Source of the DNA: Gammaproteobacteria bacterium
GTDB lineage: Bacteria; Pseudomonadota; Gammaproteobacteria; Eutrophobiales; Eutrophobiaceae
Assembly (NCBI GenBank): GCA_965116495.1
Contig: OZ220696.1
Location: forward strand, 4,096,001 to 4,160,000
Direction of reading: 5' to 3'
DNA: 64,000 nucleotides
The notes under the pieces were generated by a model that did not search any database, was not told where the DNA came from, and saw only the letters and a list, made by a program, of their open reading frames with translations. Made by a program: the position numbers and the translations under genes. How positions within the stretch are numbered: the stretch's first letter is position 1; each line of letters opens with the position of its first letter. This document shows, one piece after another, positions 46,722 to 56,553 of this stretch.

Positions 46722-48293
46722 TTACAGGCTGTTTGCGACAAGGTATCCGGAACCGCCACCCAGGCCCGGACCGGGGTGGGTGGACGCGCCGATATGGTAC
46801 AGGTTTTTTACCGGGGTGGCGTGGTTTTTCAGCGCCCGCAACGGCCGCCACAGGAAGAACTGGTCCAGCGAACAGGCGCCACCGTAGGGGTCTCCTCCTA
46901 CAAGGTTGATGTTGATAGCCTCCAGGTCGGCAGGAGACAGTACCGTTCTTGCAATAATACTGTCTTTCAGGTTCGGAATATAGTGCGCCAGTCTGTCAAT
47001 GACCCTGTCGGCATAGGCCTCGCGTACCTCTTCGGTCCAGGCGCCATCTTCAGGTATACTGATTTCCCCGGCAGCGTCGCCCCTGATATGGCGCGGGCAC
47101 TCCTGTAACTGTATCCACAACAGGCCTTTTCCTGCAGGTACGCGGCTCGGGTCCAACGCCGCGGGCTGTCCGACAACGATGGTTGCCGCGCCCGGCAACA
47201 GCCCGCAGTTCGCCTCGTTAATCGAACTTGACACCGCGTCCACGCCGGCCGTGATATGGGTGATCGCTGTTTTTTCCAGCCCGGGCGCGCACCACCGGGG
47301 CGGTTCCGACAGGGCCAGGTGGATCTGCATGTCACCGTTGCCGTAGCGGTAGGCCCGGGTCTGCGCAGCCACCGTCTCCGGTACGTCAGCCGGGTCCAGC
47401 AGTTGTTCGTAGAGCTGGTTCGGAGTGACGCTGCAGATCACCTTGTCACTCCGGTACCCGGTCCCGTCGCGGGTTTTAACCCCTGTTGCCCGGCCGTTCT
47501 CAGTTACTACCTTTGTTACGTCCGCGTTTACCAGCAACTCACCGCCATTGGCTTCTATTACCTGCTGAAAGGCCCGCACGATATTGTAGTTCCCGCCCTT
47601 GACTACCGGGCAGCCCACCATCTCCAGGGTGAAGGCGATGACCCGGGCCATTTGTGCGGAAGCCGGCGCATCCGGACCGATCCCGGCATGGGACGGCCAG
47701 CCGGCCAGGCAGGCGCTGACGGCGCTGGAAGTAAAGGTGGTATCCAGCCAGGCGCGTGCGGTTTGCAGTGTATGACCAAAATACTGCGCCAGTCTGAAGG
47801 GGCCCATCTTGACCAGGGATGACAGGATGACCTTCAAAGTGGACCAGCGCCATAACTCGCTGCCCAGCAGGGTAAACGTCAGTCCCAGGGCCTGTTCCAG
47901 TTCCGCCATGGCCTCCCCATAGCGGTCACCGTCCCCGTTCGACTGGGCATTCATGTTATCGATGTTCTCATCCCGCGAATTCTTCAGGATAAAAGCAGTC
48001 CGGTCCGGTAACACCACTGCGGTGGGGCTGTCTGAATTACAGTATTCGAGACCGCATTTTTCCAGGTCGTCTTTCAACTCTGCATAACCCGGGGACGTCA
48101 CGAACAGGGGGTGCCAGCTGGATAACACGTCATGGATGAAGCCGGGGGCGGTGATCTCATCAGTGCGGATACAGCCGCCCGCACGATCATTGCGTTCCAG
48201 CACCAGTACTTTTTTACCCTTCCTGCTCAATAATGCCGCGCAGACCAGGGCGTTAATGCCGCTCCCTACGATGATGCAATCATACCGGTTCAT
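46722..48293 (-). CDS. FAD-dependent oxidoreductase, phytoene dehydrogenase-like
   Basis: IVGSGINAL, LERNDRAGG and GASTHPGPGLGG motifs. Confidence 0.9.
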   Translation of the reverse strand: MNRYDCIIVGSGINALVCAALLSRKGKKVLVLERNDRAGGCIRTDEITAPGFIHDVLSSWHPLFVTSPGYAELKDDLEKCGLEYCNSDSPTAVVLPDRTAFILKNSRDENIDNMNAQSNGDGDRYGEAMAELEQALGLTFTLLGSELWRWSTLKVILSSLVKMGPFRLAQYFGHTLQTARAWLDTTFTSSAVSACLAGWPSHAGIGPDAPASAQMARVIAFTLEMVGCPVVKGGNYNIVRAFQQVIEANGGELLVNADVTKVVTENGRATGVKTRDGTGYRSDKVICSVTPNQLYEQLLDPADVPETVAAQTRAYRYGNGDMQIHLALSEPPRWCAPGLEKTAITHITAGVDAVSSSINEANCGLLPGAATIVVGQPAALDPSRVPAGKGLLWIQLQECPRHIRGDAAGEISIPEDGAWTEEVREAYADRVIDRLAHYIPNLKDSIIARTVLSPADLEAININLVGGDPYGGACSLDQFFLWRPLRALKNHATPVKNLYHIGASTHPGPGLGGGSGYLVANSL

Positions 48294-48563
48294 TTAGCTT
48301 CTCCATGGTATCCATGCCTGCCCCAGCCCGGGCAGTGCACGAAGAGTGTGGGTATAAACCTATTTGATTCAATCTGTTACAAATGAATTCAACAGGCGTC
48401 AGCCTGTGACTCATTGTACCCAGCCTGTGTTTGCTTTTCCACCATTGACGCGCTGTCGGGTCGATAAAGAGCGGCATTGCGCCCGTCTCCGGATTGAATA
48501 ACGCGCCATAGTAAGCTAGTTTGTAAGGTAGCTTTTTCGATAAATCAGCCGGGGGGACAAAGT

Positions 48564-49700
48564 ATGGCAGGTGTAAGCGGGGTAGCGGTTACAGATAACG
48601 CAACGCCAGGCAAAAGAAAAATTGTCGTTGCATTCACTCTCATCATTGTTCTGGCCTTTACTGCGTGGGTGACAATGTCTTTCTCCGCGCCGGCCAGGGT
48701 TATAAAACATAAAATTACCCTGGCGGCCATCGCCCTGGTCAAGTCACCCTGGGAGGAAAAGGCGGATGACTGGGAAAAGATGGCAGATGCACCCGTCGCC
48801 TTGCTGGAATCTGCCGGGACGGTAGTGGACGGCAGGATATACGTGTTTGGTGGTATCGAACGCCCCTCCCTTTTTAACCTGATAGGTGGTACTTCCATCC
48901 ATGTCTACGATCCAAAGACCGACAGCTGGACGCAGAATGCCGATATGCCCGCAGGCATTACCCATATCATGGCGGCCGTTGATGAACACAGGACATGGTT
49001 CGCGGGAGGCTGGCTGGGAAGCCGGTCAGGCGGGTTTGACGGTACACGGGACGTGTGGGTTTATGACACCGTCAACGATACCTGGCAGCAGGGCCCGCCG
49101 CTGCCGCGGGCGGTTGCTTCGGGCGCACTGGTTCGGCATGAGCGGAGACTGCATTTTTTCGGCGGATTTCTGGGTGAAGACGGCGAGCGCATGAGTGCCG
49201 GGCACTGGGTGCTGGATATGGATGGCGGCGCAACCTGGAAGCCGCTGGCGCCGTTGCCGGAACCGAGGGGCCATATTTCCGCCGTGACTCTGGACGACAG
49301 GATCTATGCTATCGGCGGCATGCACGGCCATCATGTAGATGCCCGCACCCTGACCTGGGTACATGTTTACGACCCGGCCGGTGACACCTGGACGGAACTG
49401 GCGCCATTACCAGGCCGGCGTTCCCACCTAGAATCCAGCACCTTTGTGGATAACGGCCGTATTTATGTGCTTGGCGGTAAAAACTACAGTGATCATCCGT
49501 TTTATCGTGAGCGCGGCCTGCCCTATGTGAACGCTTATGATCCGGATACCGATACCTGGTCCGCTCTGCCGGGACTTCCCAGGGGCTTGCTGGGGGCTGT
49601 GGCTGCGGTTGTCGATGATCATCTCTACCTGACCACCGGCAGTCTGATCAGCGTCTTCCACGGCCAGTCTGCAACCTGGCGGCGCCCTTGGAATCCTTAA
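48564..49700 (+). CDS. membrane-anchored Kelch-repeat protein
   Basis: N-terminal TM; six GG..YD..W Kelch blades. Confidence 0.88.
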   Translation: MAGVSGVAVTDNATPGKRKIVVAFTLIIVLAFTAWVTMSFSAPARVIKHKITLAAIALVKSPWEEKADDWEKMADAPVALLESAGTVVDGRIYVFGGIERPSLFNLIGGTSIHVYDPKTDSWTQNADMPAGITHIMAAVDEHRTWFAGGWLGSRSGGFDGTRDVWVYDTVNDTWQQGPPLPRAVASGALVRHERRLHFFGGFLGEDGERMSAGHWVLDMDGGATWKPLAPLPEPRGHISAVTLDDRIYAIGGMHGHHVDARTLTWVHVYDPAGDTWTELAPLPGRRSHLESSTFVDNGRIYVLGGKNYSDHPFYRERGLPYVNAYDPDTDTWSALPGLPRGLLGAVAAVVDDHLYLTTGSLISVFHGQSATWRRPWNP

Positions 49701-49713
49701 TCTACGGCACTCC

Positions 49714-49867
49714 CGTCATTCCGGCATTCCCCCGTCATTCCTGCGCAGCTTGTCCCTGCGAAAGCAGGGAGCAGGAACCCAGTAAAAACACGTCGCTTGC
49801 GACATTTTATGAAGTGTCCCTTCGGGACGGGTAAATCACTGGGTTCCTGCTTCCGCAGGAACGACGA
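49714..49867. repeat. GTCATTCC-family REP doublet between convergent genes
   Basis: CGTCATTCCTGCG...GCAGGAACCCAGT and inverted ACTGGGTTCCTGCTTCCGCAGGAACGACG. Confidence 0.75.
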
Positions 49868-49874
49868 ACTTTGC

Positions 49875-51068
49875 TTAATCATCGTTCCACGGCGCCCACA
49901 TCGCTTTCAGGTCGTCCCAGGAAGGTTCCTCCTCGCCACCGGGTTGAAAACGGCAGCCCTCGTGTTCATAAAACGGCCTGGTCCACGTGCCCCGTTCTAC
50001 CAGGGATTCGATGTTCCGGCGATAGATCTCGTCCACCTGTGCATGATGTTGCGGGTCCTGTTCCATCCAGAGATTTTTCGGGTGTATGGGTTTTTCATAC
50101 ATACGCTGGAATACTTCGGTGCGCAGGTCCTTAAGCCAGTTACTGTTCAGGTTCATCATGCGGAACTGGCGCAATGCCTCGATATCGATGGTGGCGCACA
50201 CCAGGGTGTTGTTGGCCGACGGGCTGTAGGACATGATCTCGCCGCGGTAATCGACGATATGGGCGTGTCCGCCGGTGATGTCTACGGGGTTTCTGGAGGT
50301 GGCCGACAGGTAAATCGGGCCGGCATTGGGGCACAGCATATACACGGAATTGAATTCCGCGTGGCCCCGGTTCTGGATCATCCATGAACCGCCCCCCGGG
50401 TAGCCGGAACCGGTCATGGGCATGGCCTCGCTGGGCCGGTATACCACTTCAGCGCCGTTGAAAGCCAGCGCCCGCACCGCTTCGGGGTATTCGCCGTCAC
50501 TGCAGCAGATAGTACCTATGTTGCCGATGTCAGCAGTCTTCAGCACGGGGTAGAAGGCGTCAATGTCGTCACCAAATGCTTCCACCCAGCGATCGTAGAC
50601 ATCGTGGGGAGTACAGGAACGTTCCCGGCACCAGATATGGTTTTTTGCCGCCTTGTGCACCATGTTTCCATTGGGATCGATAACAAACAAGGTGTTGAAG
50701 AACCGGTCGTCCATGATCTCGGGCCAGCGCGCCTTGCACTGGCCGATGATGTAGGTGTTATAGAGTTTGGCCAGACGTCCCAGCCATGCGGTTTCCTCAC
50801 CGGGGATATCGATGAACAACTCCTTTGCCGCCAGCACGTGGGGCAGGTCGAATATCTCATCGGTGAAGCCTGTCAGCGCGCCCTCCGCCAGTGCAATCAG
50901 TTTCACCGGCATATTGATATTCACCATGGAGACGGCCGCATGGATCGCCTCCTCGATGTTTTCCAGGTTGTGGCGGATATGTTTGCGGTCGGCTATCCCC
51001 GTGATCGTCGTGGACAGGCCGATGGCCATGTAGGGGGCGACGGGCTTGTTCTGTTGTTCAGTGGTCAT
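49875..51068 (-). CDS. nitrilase-superfamily carbon-nitrogen hydrolase
   Basis: E-K-C triad contexts LAEGAL, AAKNH and ICCSDGEYPE. Confidence 0.85.
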   Translation of the reverse strand: MTTEQQNKPVAPYMAIGLSTTITGIADRKHIRHNLENIEEAIHAAVSMVNINMPVKLIALAEGALTGFTDEIFDLPHVLAAKELFIDIPGEETAWLGRLAKLYNTYIIGQCKARWPEIMDDRFFNTLFVIDPNGNMVHKAAKNHIWCRERSCTPHDVYDRWVEAFGDDIDAFYPVLKTADIGNIGTICCSDGEYPEAVRALAFNGAEVVYRPSEAMPMTGSGYPGGGSWMIQNRGHAEFNSVYMLCPNAGPIYLSATSRNPVDITGGHAHIVDYRGEIMSYSPSANNTLVCATIDIEALRQFRMMNLNSNWLKDLRTEVFQRMYEKPIHPKNLWMEQDPQHHAQVDEIYRRNIESLVERGTWTRPFYEHEGCRFQPGGEEEPSWDDLKAMWAPWNDD

Positions 51069-51118
51069 CTGGCGTCTCGAATTGGTGGCACAAGCTGGAG
51101 TCTAACAAGATCCGCACG

Positions 51119-51151
51119 AAAAAAAACACCGGTTGAGTACTCAACCGGTGT
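51119..51151 (-). terminator. intrinsic terminator between the TonB receptor and the nitrilase
   Basis: Perfect palindrome ACACCGGTTGAGTACTCAACCGGTGT followed by a U-tract on the minus strand. Confidence 0.85.
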
Positions 51152-51233
51152 CGAAAAGGGAAGGACCCGCTTATCATCCGGGACGATTTCTTTCCGTCCT
51201 CTCTCCCCGTTACATATGAAATACCCTGTTGGA

Positions 51234-53624
51234 TTATTGCCAGCTGTAACGGACCGAACCGCCGTACCAGCGCGGTTTGCCGTAGTGCAACTGGTTGAAG
51301 CCGCCCGGGCCGGTGAAATCGAACGTATAGGTCAGGTATTCCTCATTGGCAATATTGTTGACGAAGGCCGACACCGTCATGGCGTCGTTGGCAGATGTCC
51401 ATTTCAGCCTGAAGTTCCCGACGATATAGTCATCCCCAAGCGCGATATCGTAGTTCTGTATGTCGAAGTAGGTTTCATCCTGGTAATAAAAACTGGCAAT
51501 TGCCGCCATGGTACCGTTCCATGCCGGCCACTCGTAACGGGCCATGCCGTTTGCCGTAAAGTCCGGGGCCGAGACCATGGTCCTGTCAACCGGGGTACGG
51601 GTGGCAGTAGTCTCAATATCCTTTGCGGTAGCGTCCAGGAAGGAGGCGCCCAGGATAAAATCCCAACCCTCGGCCGGGCTGGCCTGCAACTCGATTTCGC
51701 CACCATAGACTTCCGCGTCGGAGTTGAAAATGATCGCGTTGAAGGTAACGAACCGGAAGGTCTGAAAATCATTGTAGTCATAATAAAAGGCGGCAGCATT
51801 CAAGCGGGCGGCGCCGCCCAGAATGGTAGCCTTGAAGCCGGCCTCGTAACTGGTCAGCGTCTCATCATCGAACGGGATGTCCTCCGGCGCGTCCAGCCCA
51901 AAGTTGGCGCTGGCATCAAGAAATGTGCCGTTGAAGCCGGCCGACTTCACCCCCCTAGAAAATTTAGCATAAACCAACAGATCATCGTTGGGTTTCCAGT
52001 CCAGTTCTGCCAATGCGGTCACATTGTTCTTGTTATGGTTTGCAATGTTACCGACGCTTGAGGTATTGAACAGCATCATCTGGTCGGGCGTCGGTCTGAT
52101 GGCGCTGGGGTAATTGGGCAGCACGCCGACACCAGGACCGGCCCCAAGGTCCACATCGGGAGGAGGCGCTGTCAGGAATCCGGTCAGGCCGCCGGCTATG
52201 TCCATGCTGCTGTAGTCCATGTCTTTCTCTTCTTCCGTGTACCTCAGCCCGCCTATTACGGTCAGTTGTTCGGTTAAATCGAACTCAAACTGGCCGAAAG
52301 CCGACCAGGACTCCGTATCCTGATCTGCATCAACGTCAATGACAAAGAAATCCGGGATCAGGACCAGGCCATAGTCAGCCTCTACGTCCCAGTTGAAATA
52401 ATACAGCCCGGTCTGCCAGCGCACCCGGTCAGACTCGCCGGCCAGACGCAGTTCCTGGGTAAACTGTTCCGTTATGGCGTAAAACTCAACCCGGACGAAA
52501 TTGATGGGGGTGGAGTCGGTGTCTTCCTCCTGGGTGCGGTCCACATGGTCGAAGGCCGTTATCGACGTAAGAGTCAGGCCATCTCTCAGGTCCCAGTCGA
52601 TGGTTGCCGATACACCCGTGGCGGTGACCGCCGTATCACCGTCCCGATCGAAGCTGCCTTTATGCGGATCGCCGTCCGTATCCCGGTAACCTAAACAGTC
52701 CGTGCCGACGACCTCGTAGAAAATACCAGCGCCCGGGTCAAAACAATTGGGATTCGATTCGTTCGGCCCCAGGTTTACGCGATTATCGAAATCATACCCA
52801 CCTCCTGGAGCAGGAGCAAATCCGGTCGCCTGGTTTTGCCACCCACCCACCTGGCCCCGGTTGTGGGAATAATGGGCCTTGACCAGGGCTTCAACGTCAT
52901 CGGAAGGCGTGACCAGCAACTGGATGCGCCCGGCTTTGGCGTTGGTCTCATTGAAATCGCCCGGTGACGTGCCCTTGATCGGATCTACGCCGTCATAGAC
53001 GTTGTCCACGTAACCCCCGTTCTTGTTGGTCGCGAAAGAGACCCGCGCGGCCATGTTCTCGCCGATGGCGCCGTTCACCATGCCTTCGGTCTTGAACGTT
53101 CCGTAGGACTCAAGGCCTGCTTCCAGGTAGGCTTCAAACTCCCGGGTCGGTTTCCTGGAAATGAAATGCACCAGCCCGCCCGAGGTGTTGCGGCCGAACA
53201 GGGTGCCCTGCGGGCCGCGCAGCACTTCCGCCCGGTCCACGTCGAAATTCTGCAGGTGCAGGCCGCCGATCGCGGCGCGGTAGACGCCGTCAAAATAAAC
53301 TGCGACCGGGTTCTCGTTGAAATCGGATACTTCGTTCAGGCCGACGCCTCTCAGGAAGAAATTGATCTGGCTGCCTTCGGCGTTGGGTACTGTGTACTGC
53401 AGGCCGGGGGTCATGGTCGTCAGGTCCACGGTATCGGCCAGGCCCAGTTCCTTGATCTGCTCGCCCGTGTATGCGGTTACGGATATACCCACGTCCTGCA
53501 GGTTCTGTTCGCGTTTTTGCGCGGTCACGATTATTTCTTCCAGAACCTGTGCGCCTGTGTTGAACGGGATAATTACGGACAGGATCAAAATGAGCCTGAA
53601 AAGAGAAGTGCTGGATGGTTTCAT
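51234..53624 (-). CDS. TonB-dependent receptor
   Basis: LEEIIVTAQKREQ and EVLRGPQGTLFGRN motifs; beta-barrel C-terminus. Confidence 0.95.
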   Translation of the reverse strand: MKPSSTSLFRLILILSVIIPFNTGAQVLEEIIVTAQKREQNLQDVGISVTAYTGEQIKELGLADTVDLTTMTPGLQYTVPNAEGSQINFFLRGVGLNEVSDFNENPVAVYFDGVYRAAIGGLHLQNFDVDRAEVLRGPQGTLFGRNTSGGLVHFISRKPTREFEAYLEAGLESYGTFKTEGMVNGAIGENMAARVSFATNKNGGYVDNVYDGVDPIKGTSPGDFNETNAKAGRIQLLVTPSDDVEALVKAHYSHNRGQVGGWQNQATGFAPAPGGGYDFDNRVNLGPNESNPNCFDPGAGIFYEVVGTDCLGYRDTDGDPHKGSFDRDGDTAVTATGVSATIDWDLRDGLTLTSITAFDHVDRTQEEDTDSTPINFVRVEFYAITEQFTQELRLAGESDRVRWQTGLYYFNWDVEADYGLVLIPDFFVIDVDADQDTESWSAFGQFEFDLTEQLTVIGGLRYTEEEKDMDYSSMDIAGGLTGFLTAPPPDVDLGAGPGVGVLPNYPSAIRPTPDQMMLFNTSSVGNIANHNKNNVTALAELDWKPNDDLLVYAKFSRGVKSAGFNGTFLDASANFGLDAPEDIPFDDETLTSYEAGFKATILGGAARLNAAAFYYDYNDFQTFRFVTFNAIIFNSDAEVYGGEIELQASPAEGWDFILGASFLDATAKDIETTATRTPVDRTMVSAPDFTANGMARYEWPAWNGTMAAIASFYYQDETYFDIQNYDIALGDDYIVGNFRLKWTSANDAMTVSAFVNNIANEEYLTYTFDFTGPGGFNQLHYGKPRWYGGSVRYSWQ

Positions 53625-53750
53625 TATATCTCCCCGGATGTAAGTTGTTTCTGTCGCTTATAACTCTTTGTATTATACCTGCAACAATGTGTTATTGCAT
53701 AAGAATAATCCGATAATACCCGAATATTAAGCATAATCGGGCGAAATTTA

Positions 53751-53972
53751 GGAACCTCTGATTAAGTCAGAGGTTCCTACGGTACAGGGATGTGCCGTCA
53801 AAATCAATGACTGTAGTTCATTGATTTTGGGAGCAAAATAAAATCGCATTTTTGTTTTCACTCGCTCCATCCTGGTAGCTCGCCGCAAGGCGGCAACAAG
53901 TTGTGCAAATCGGCTATCCTGCCGATTTGTGCGTGCTCTGACAAGTCCCGGACGGACTTGATCAGAGCTTCC
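53751..53972. mobile_element. 222-bp non-autonomous MITE with IS5-type ends
   Basis: TIRs GGAACCTCTGATTAAGTC / GACTTGATCAGAGCTTCC (16/18); TTTA on both flanks. Confidence 0.8.
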
Positions 53973-54072
53973 TTTATTATAAAACAGGGGTGCCCGTGAT
54001 ATTGTGTTCCCGCTTCAACCGGTTTGTTGTCTTTAGGCAACAAAATACATACAAAAAATGGTTACATGCGAA

Positions 54073-55239
54073 TCAGTTATCGCCGGTTGAGGAGACGCCT
54101 GTACTGAGTTCGACGCCGTCTGAATAAATATCAACAGGTCGTGCCAGGGTTGACACATCTTCACGAGGATCAGCATCCAGGACCAATAAATTTGCCCGGG
54201 CACCGGTAATCACGGTCCCAAAGCCCTCGAAACCCCAGTATTCTGCCGGTGTCACAGTTGCCGAAGCAATGATTGCGTCACTATCGAGCCCGGCTTTGCG
54301 CAACTGCTCAAGTTCTTCGGGATTGATGGCGGGTATTTCCGCGTAACCAAGGTCTGTCCCATAGAGAATGGTTGTGCCGGCCTCTCGAAGTCGTCGAAGA
54401 TTGTCAACAGCCGCAGGCACATTCCTGAACACCGCGAGTGTGGAGATAAGCGCCCGGTCCGACCAGGCTTGTACCGTGGCGTCTGCAAGAGCGACAGTGG
54501 GTGTGTGTGCCAGAATGTCGGCGCCCGCCTCAGCAGCGCGCATGGCAGCGCTGTCGGTTACGGCGTGGGCAGCTACGCGCAATCCATGAGAATGTGCCTG
54601 CTCAACGATGGCTTTCAGTTCTTCGTCGCTCAACGTTGATTTGTTTTCCTCCATCCCTGGAATCGCGCCGCTACCGGTGGTATCTCCCACCGGCATCTTG
54701 ATGACACGGGCGCCGCTGGCGACCAGAAAATCCACGCCAGCACGGACGGACTGAACTCCATTTGTCTCGAGTCCGTAACCATCAGCCCCCCAGCTCCGGG
54801 TTGGGTAACCGCGTTTTGCGGTGACCATGGGGCCGGACAACAGGATGTGCAGGGGTCCGTAGTCCGAGGCGAGGAAAGGTAAAGGCGCTGCCAGGTCGAC
54901 AACGGCAGCTATGCCGCCCCGGGCAAGTTGCCCGGGCGTATAACCAATGGCCAGGTGCACGTGGCTGTCAATGAAGGCCGGCACAATATACCTGCCACGC
55001 AAATCAATTACATCGGTATTGTCGCCTGCGCTGTCTTTGCTGATCGCTTCGATTTTGCCGTCTCGAACAGTGATCACCGCCGGGCCGTAGCCAATTATAC
55101 TGGCGCCGGTCAAGGCCAGGCCTTTCGAACCATGAGACGCCGTGTCGGCAAAAGTTGTCGTACAAAAGGATATTGCGAGAAGAAAAAAGAGTACCCTGAT
55201 CGGTGCCCGCAGATGATACCGGTTGGTCGAATTTTTCAT
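54073..55239 (-). CDS. amidohydrolase family protein, probably exported
   Basis: FIDSHVH, VAAHA, LAH and YGTD metal ligands; signal peptide. Confidence 0.88.
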   Translation of the reverse strand: MKNSTNRYHLRAPIRVLFFLLAISFCTTTFADTASHGSKGLALTGASIIGYGPAVITVRDGKIEAISKDSAGDNTDVIDLRGRYIVPAFIDSHVHLAIGYTPGQLARGGIAAVVDLAAPLPFLASDYGPLHILLSGPMVTAKRGYPTRSWGADGYGLETNGVQSVRAGVDFLVASGARVIKMPVGDTTGSGAIPGMEENKSTLSDEELKAIVEQAHSHGLRVAAHAVTDSAAMRAAEAGADILAHTPTVALADATVQAWSDRALISTLAVFRNVPAAVDNLRRLREAGTTILYGTDLGYAEIPAINPEELEQLRKAGLDSDAIIASATVTPAEYWGFEGFGTVITGARANLLVLDADPREDVSTLARPVDIYSDGVELSTGVSSTGDN

Positions 55240-55336
55240 ATAAGTTAATAAAACAAGGGGGTTAGCGTCATCGCGGGATGGAATGACGAATCATGATGCG
55301 GCATTATTTATGTCGTTGTGTATAATTCCGTCCCCA

Positions 55337-56431
55337 TTATACGCATTCGGCGTCGGATAACTTTTTAAGGTGCCGGCGCATGGCGACGCCGGGCCGGTCC
55401 GCGGGCACGTCTATCTCGTAGAAGTCCGGCGTCCGGTCGGTATCCTGCATCCGGTTGATATGTTCGATGGCAAACACGTCTTCGCTGAACGCCGTCTGGT
55501 TGGCTTTCAGCATGAACGCGCCCATTTCCCCATCATCGATACAGAAATTACGGCACTGGGCATAGTAGTAATTGGTGGACGTATTCGTCTCCGGGGTGAT
55601 CAACTGGGCCACCTTGACCAGGGGTTGCAGGTTTGCCATTTTTTCCGGCTTGGCCAGGTTTTTCAGTATCCCCGTGTTGACATGCAGGCCGGGGGTGACG
55701 AACAGGGAACCGGAGCTGCGCAGGGCTTTTTCGTTCTCCCAGCCCAGGGGCTTTGAATAAATGGGCGGCAACACGCATTCCACGCGGCGCCATACCTCGA
55801 AATGCTCGTCCTCAACCGTCGCCTCGATGGGTGCCCGGGCATACTCCGGGGTGCCGAAGGTCTTGTCGTGCAAGAAGCTCAGGTGGGACAGGTCCAGCAG
55901 GTTCTCGTGCAGGTGCACGTAACTGCCCTTGATGTTCAGAAAGCCGATGTTTACCGCCCAGTCCGGGTGGTCGAAGTATTCCTGGTGCGGCAACAGGGCT
56001 TCATCGGCCAGGTCCGGGTCCCCCGGCCAGATCCAGATAAAGGGTTTTTTCTCGATAACCGGGAATGCGCGTACGCCGATATTTTGCGGGGGTCTGTCCT
56101 GGGACGGTACCGCTACACAGCGGCCGGTACTGTTGTACCTGAACCCGTGGTAACCGCATTCCAGGATGTCGCCGTGCAGTTTACCTTCGGACAGAGGGAA
56201 AGAGCGGTGGCAGCAGCGGTTCTGCAAGGCTACCGGGGTAGCGTCTTCCCTGCGAAATAACACGGTGCTGATGCCGAGATACCGGCGGGAAAACAGTGTG
56301 CGCCCGATCTCGTCACTGCGTGCGGCCACGTACCAGGCGTTACGGATCAGCGGCGTGTCGCGATCGGCCATGTTCGCCGCCGAGATGGAGGCGAGTTTTT
56401 GCTGTCTTTCAACGGATGCCCGTGATGACAC
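55337..56431 (-). CDS. Rieske non-heme iron oxygenase alpha subunit (VanA/DdmC-like)
   Basis: CCHR...CGYHG Rieske motif; ENLLDLSHLSFLH and ED mononuclear Fe site. Confidence 0.92.
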   Translation of the reverse strand: MSSRASVERQQKLASISAANMADRDTPLIRNAWYVAARSDEIGRTLFSRRYLGISTVLFRREDATPVALQNRCCHRSFPLSEGKLHGDILECGYHGFRYNSTGRCVAVPSQDRPPQNIGVRAFPVIEKKPFIWIWPGDPDLADEALLPHQEYFDHPDWAVNIGFLNIKGSYVHLHENLLDLSHLSFLHDKTFGTPEYARAPIEATVEDEHFEVWRRVECVLPPIYSKPLGWENEKALRSSGSLFVTPGLHVNTGILKNLAKPEKMANLQPLVKVAQLITPETNTSTNYYYAQCRNFCIDDGEMGAFMLKANQTAFSEDVFAIEHINRMQDTDRTPDFYEIDVPADRPGVAMRRHLKKLSDAECV

Positions 56432-56486
56432 TTGGAAGTTGTTCTCCTGTAGTCAGGCGCGTTCTTGCTTTATTATAGACAACTTT

Positions 56487-56516
56487 GCCGGGGACGGCAT
56501 TTATCCCGTCCCCGGC
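56487..56516. repeat. GGGGACGG-type REP palindrome
   Basis: GCCGGGGACGG-N8-CCGTCCCCGGC. Confidence 0.75.
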
Positions 56517-56553
56517 GCTGTTTGTCTCCCATACTGTTGTTAAGAACGAACTC

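Noticed and set aside
50604-52061. 485-aa plus-strand ORF
   Set aside because: Antisense shadow across the nitrilase, terminator and TonB receptor; no recognisable motifs.
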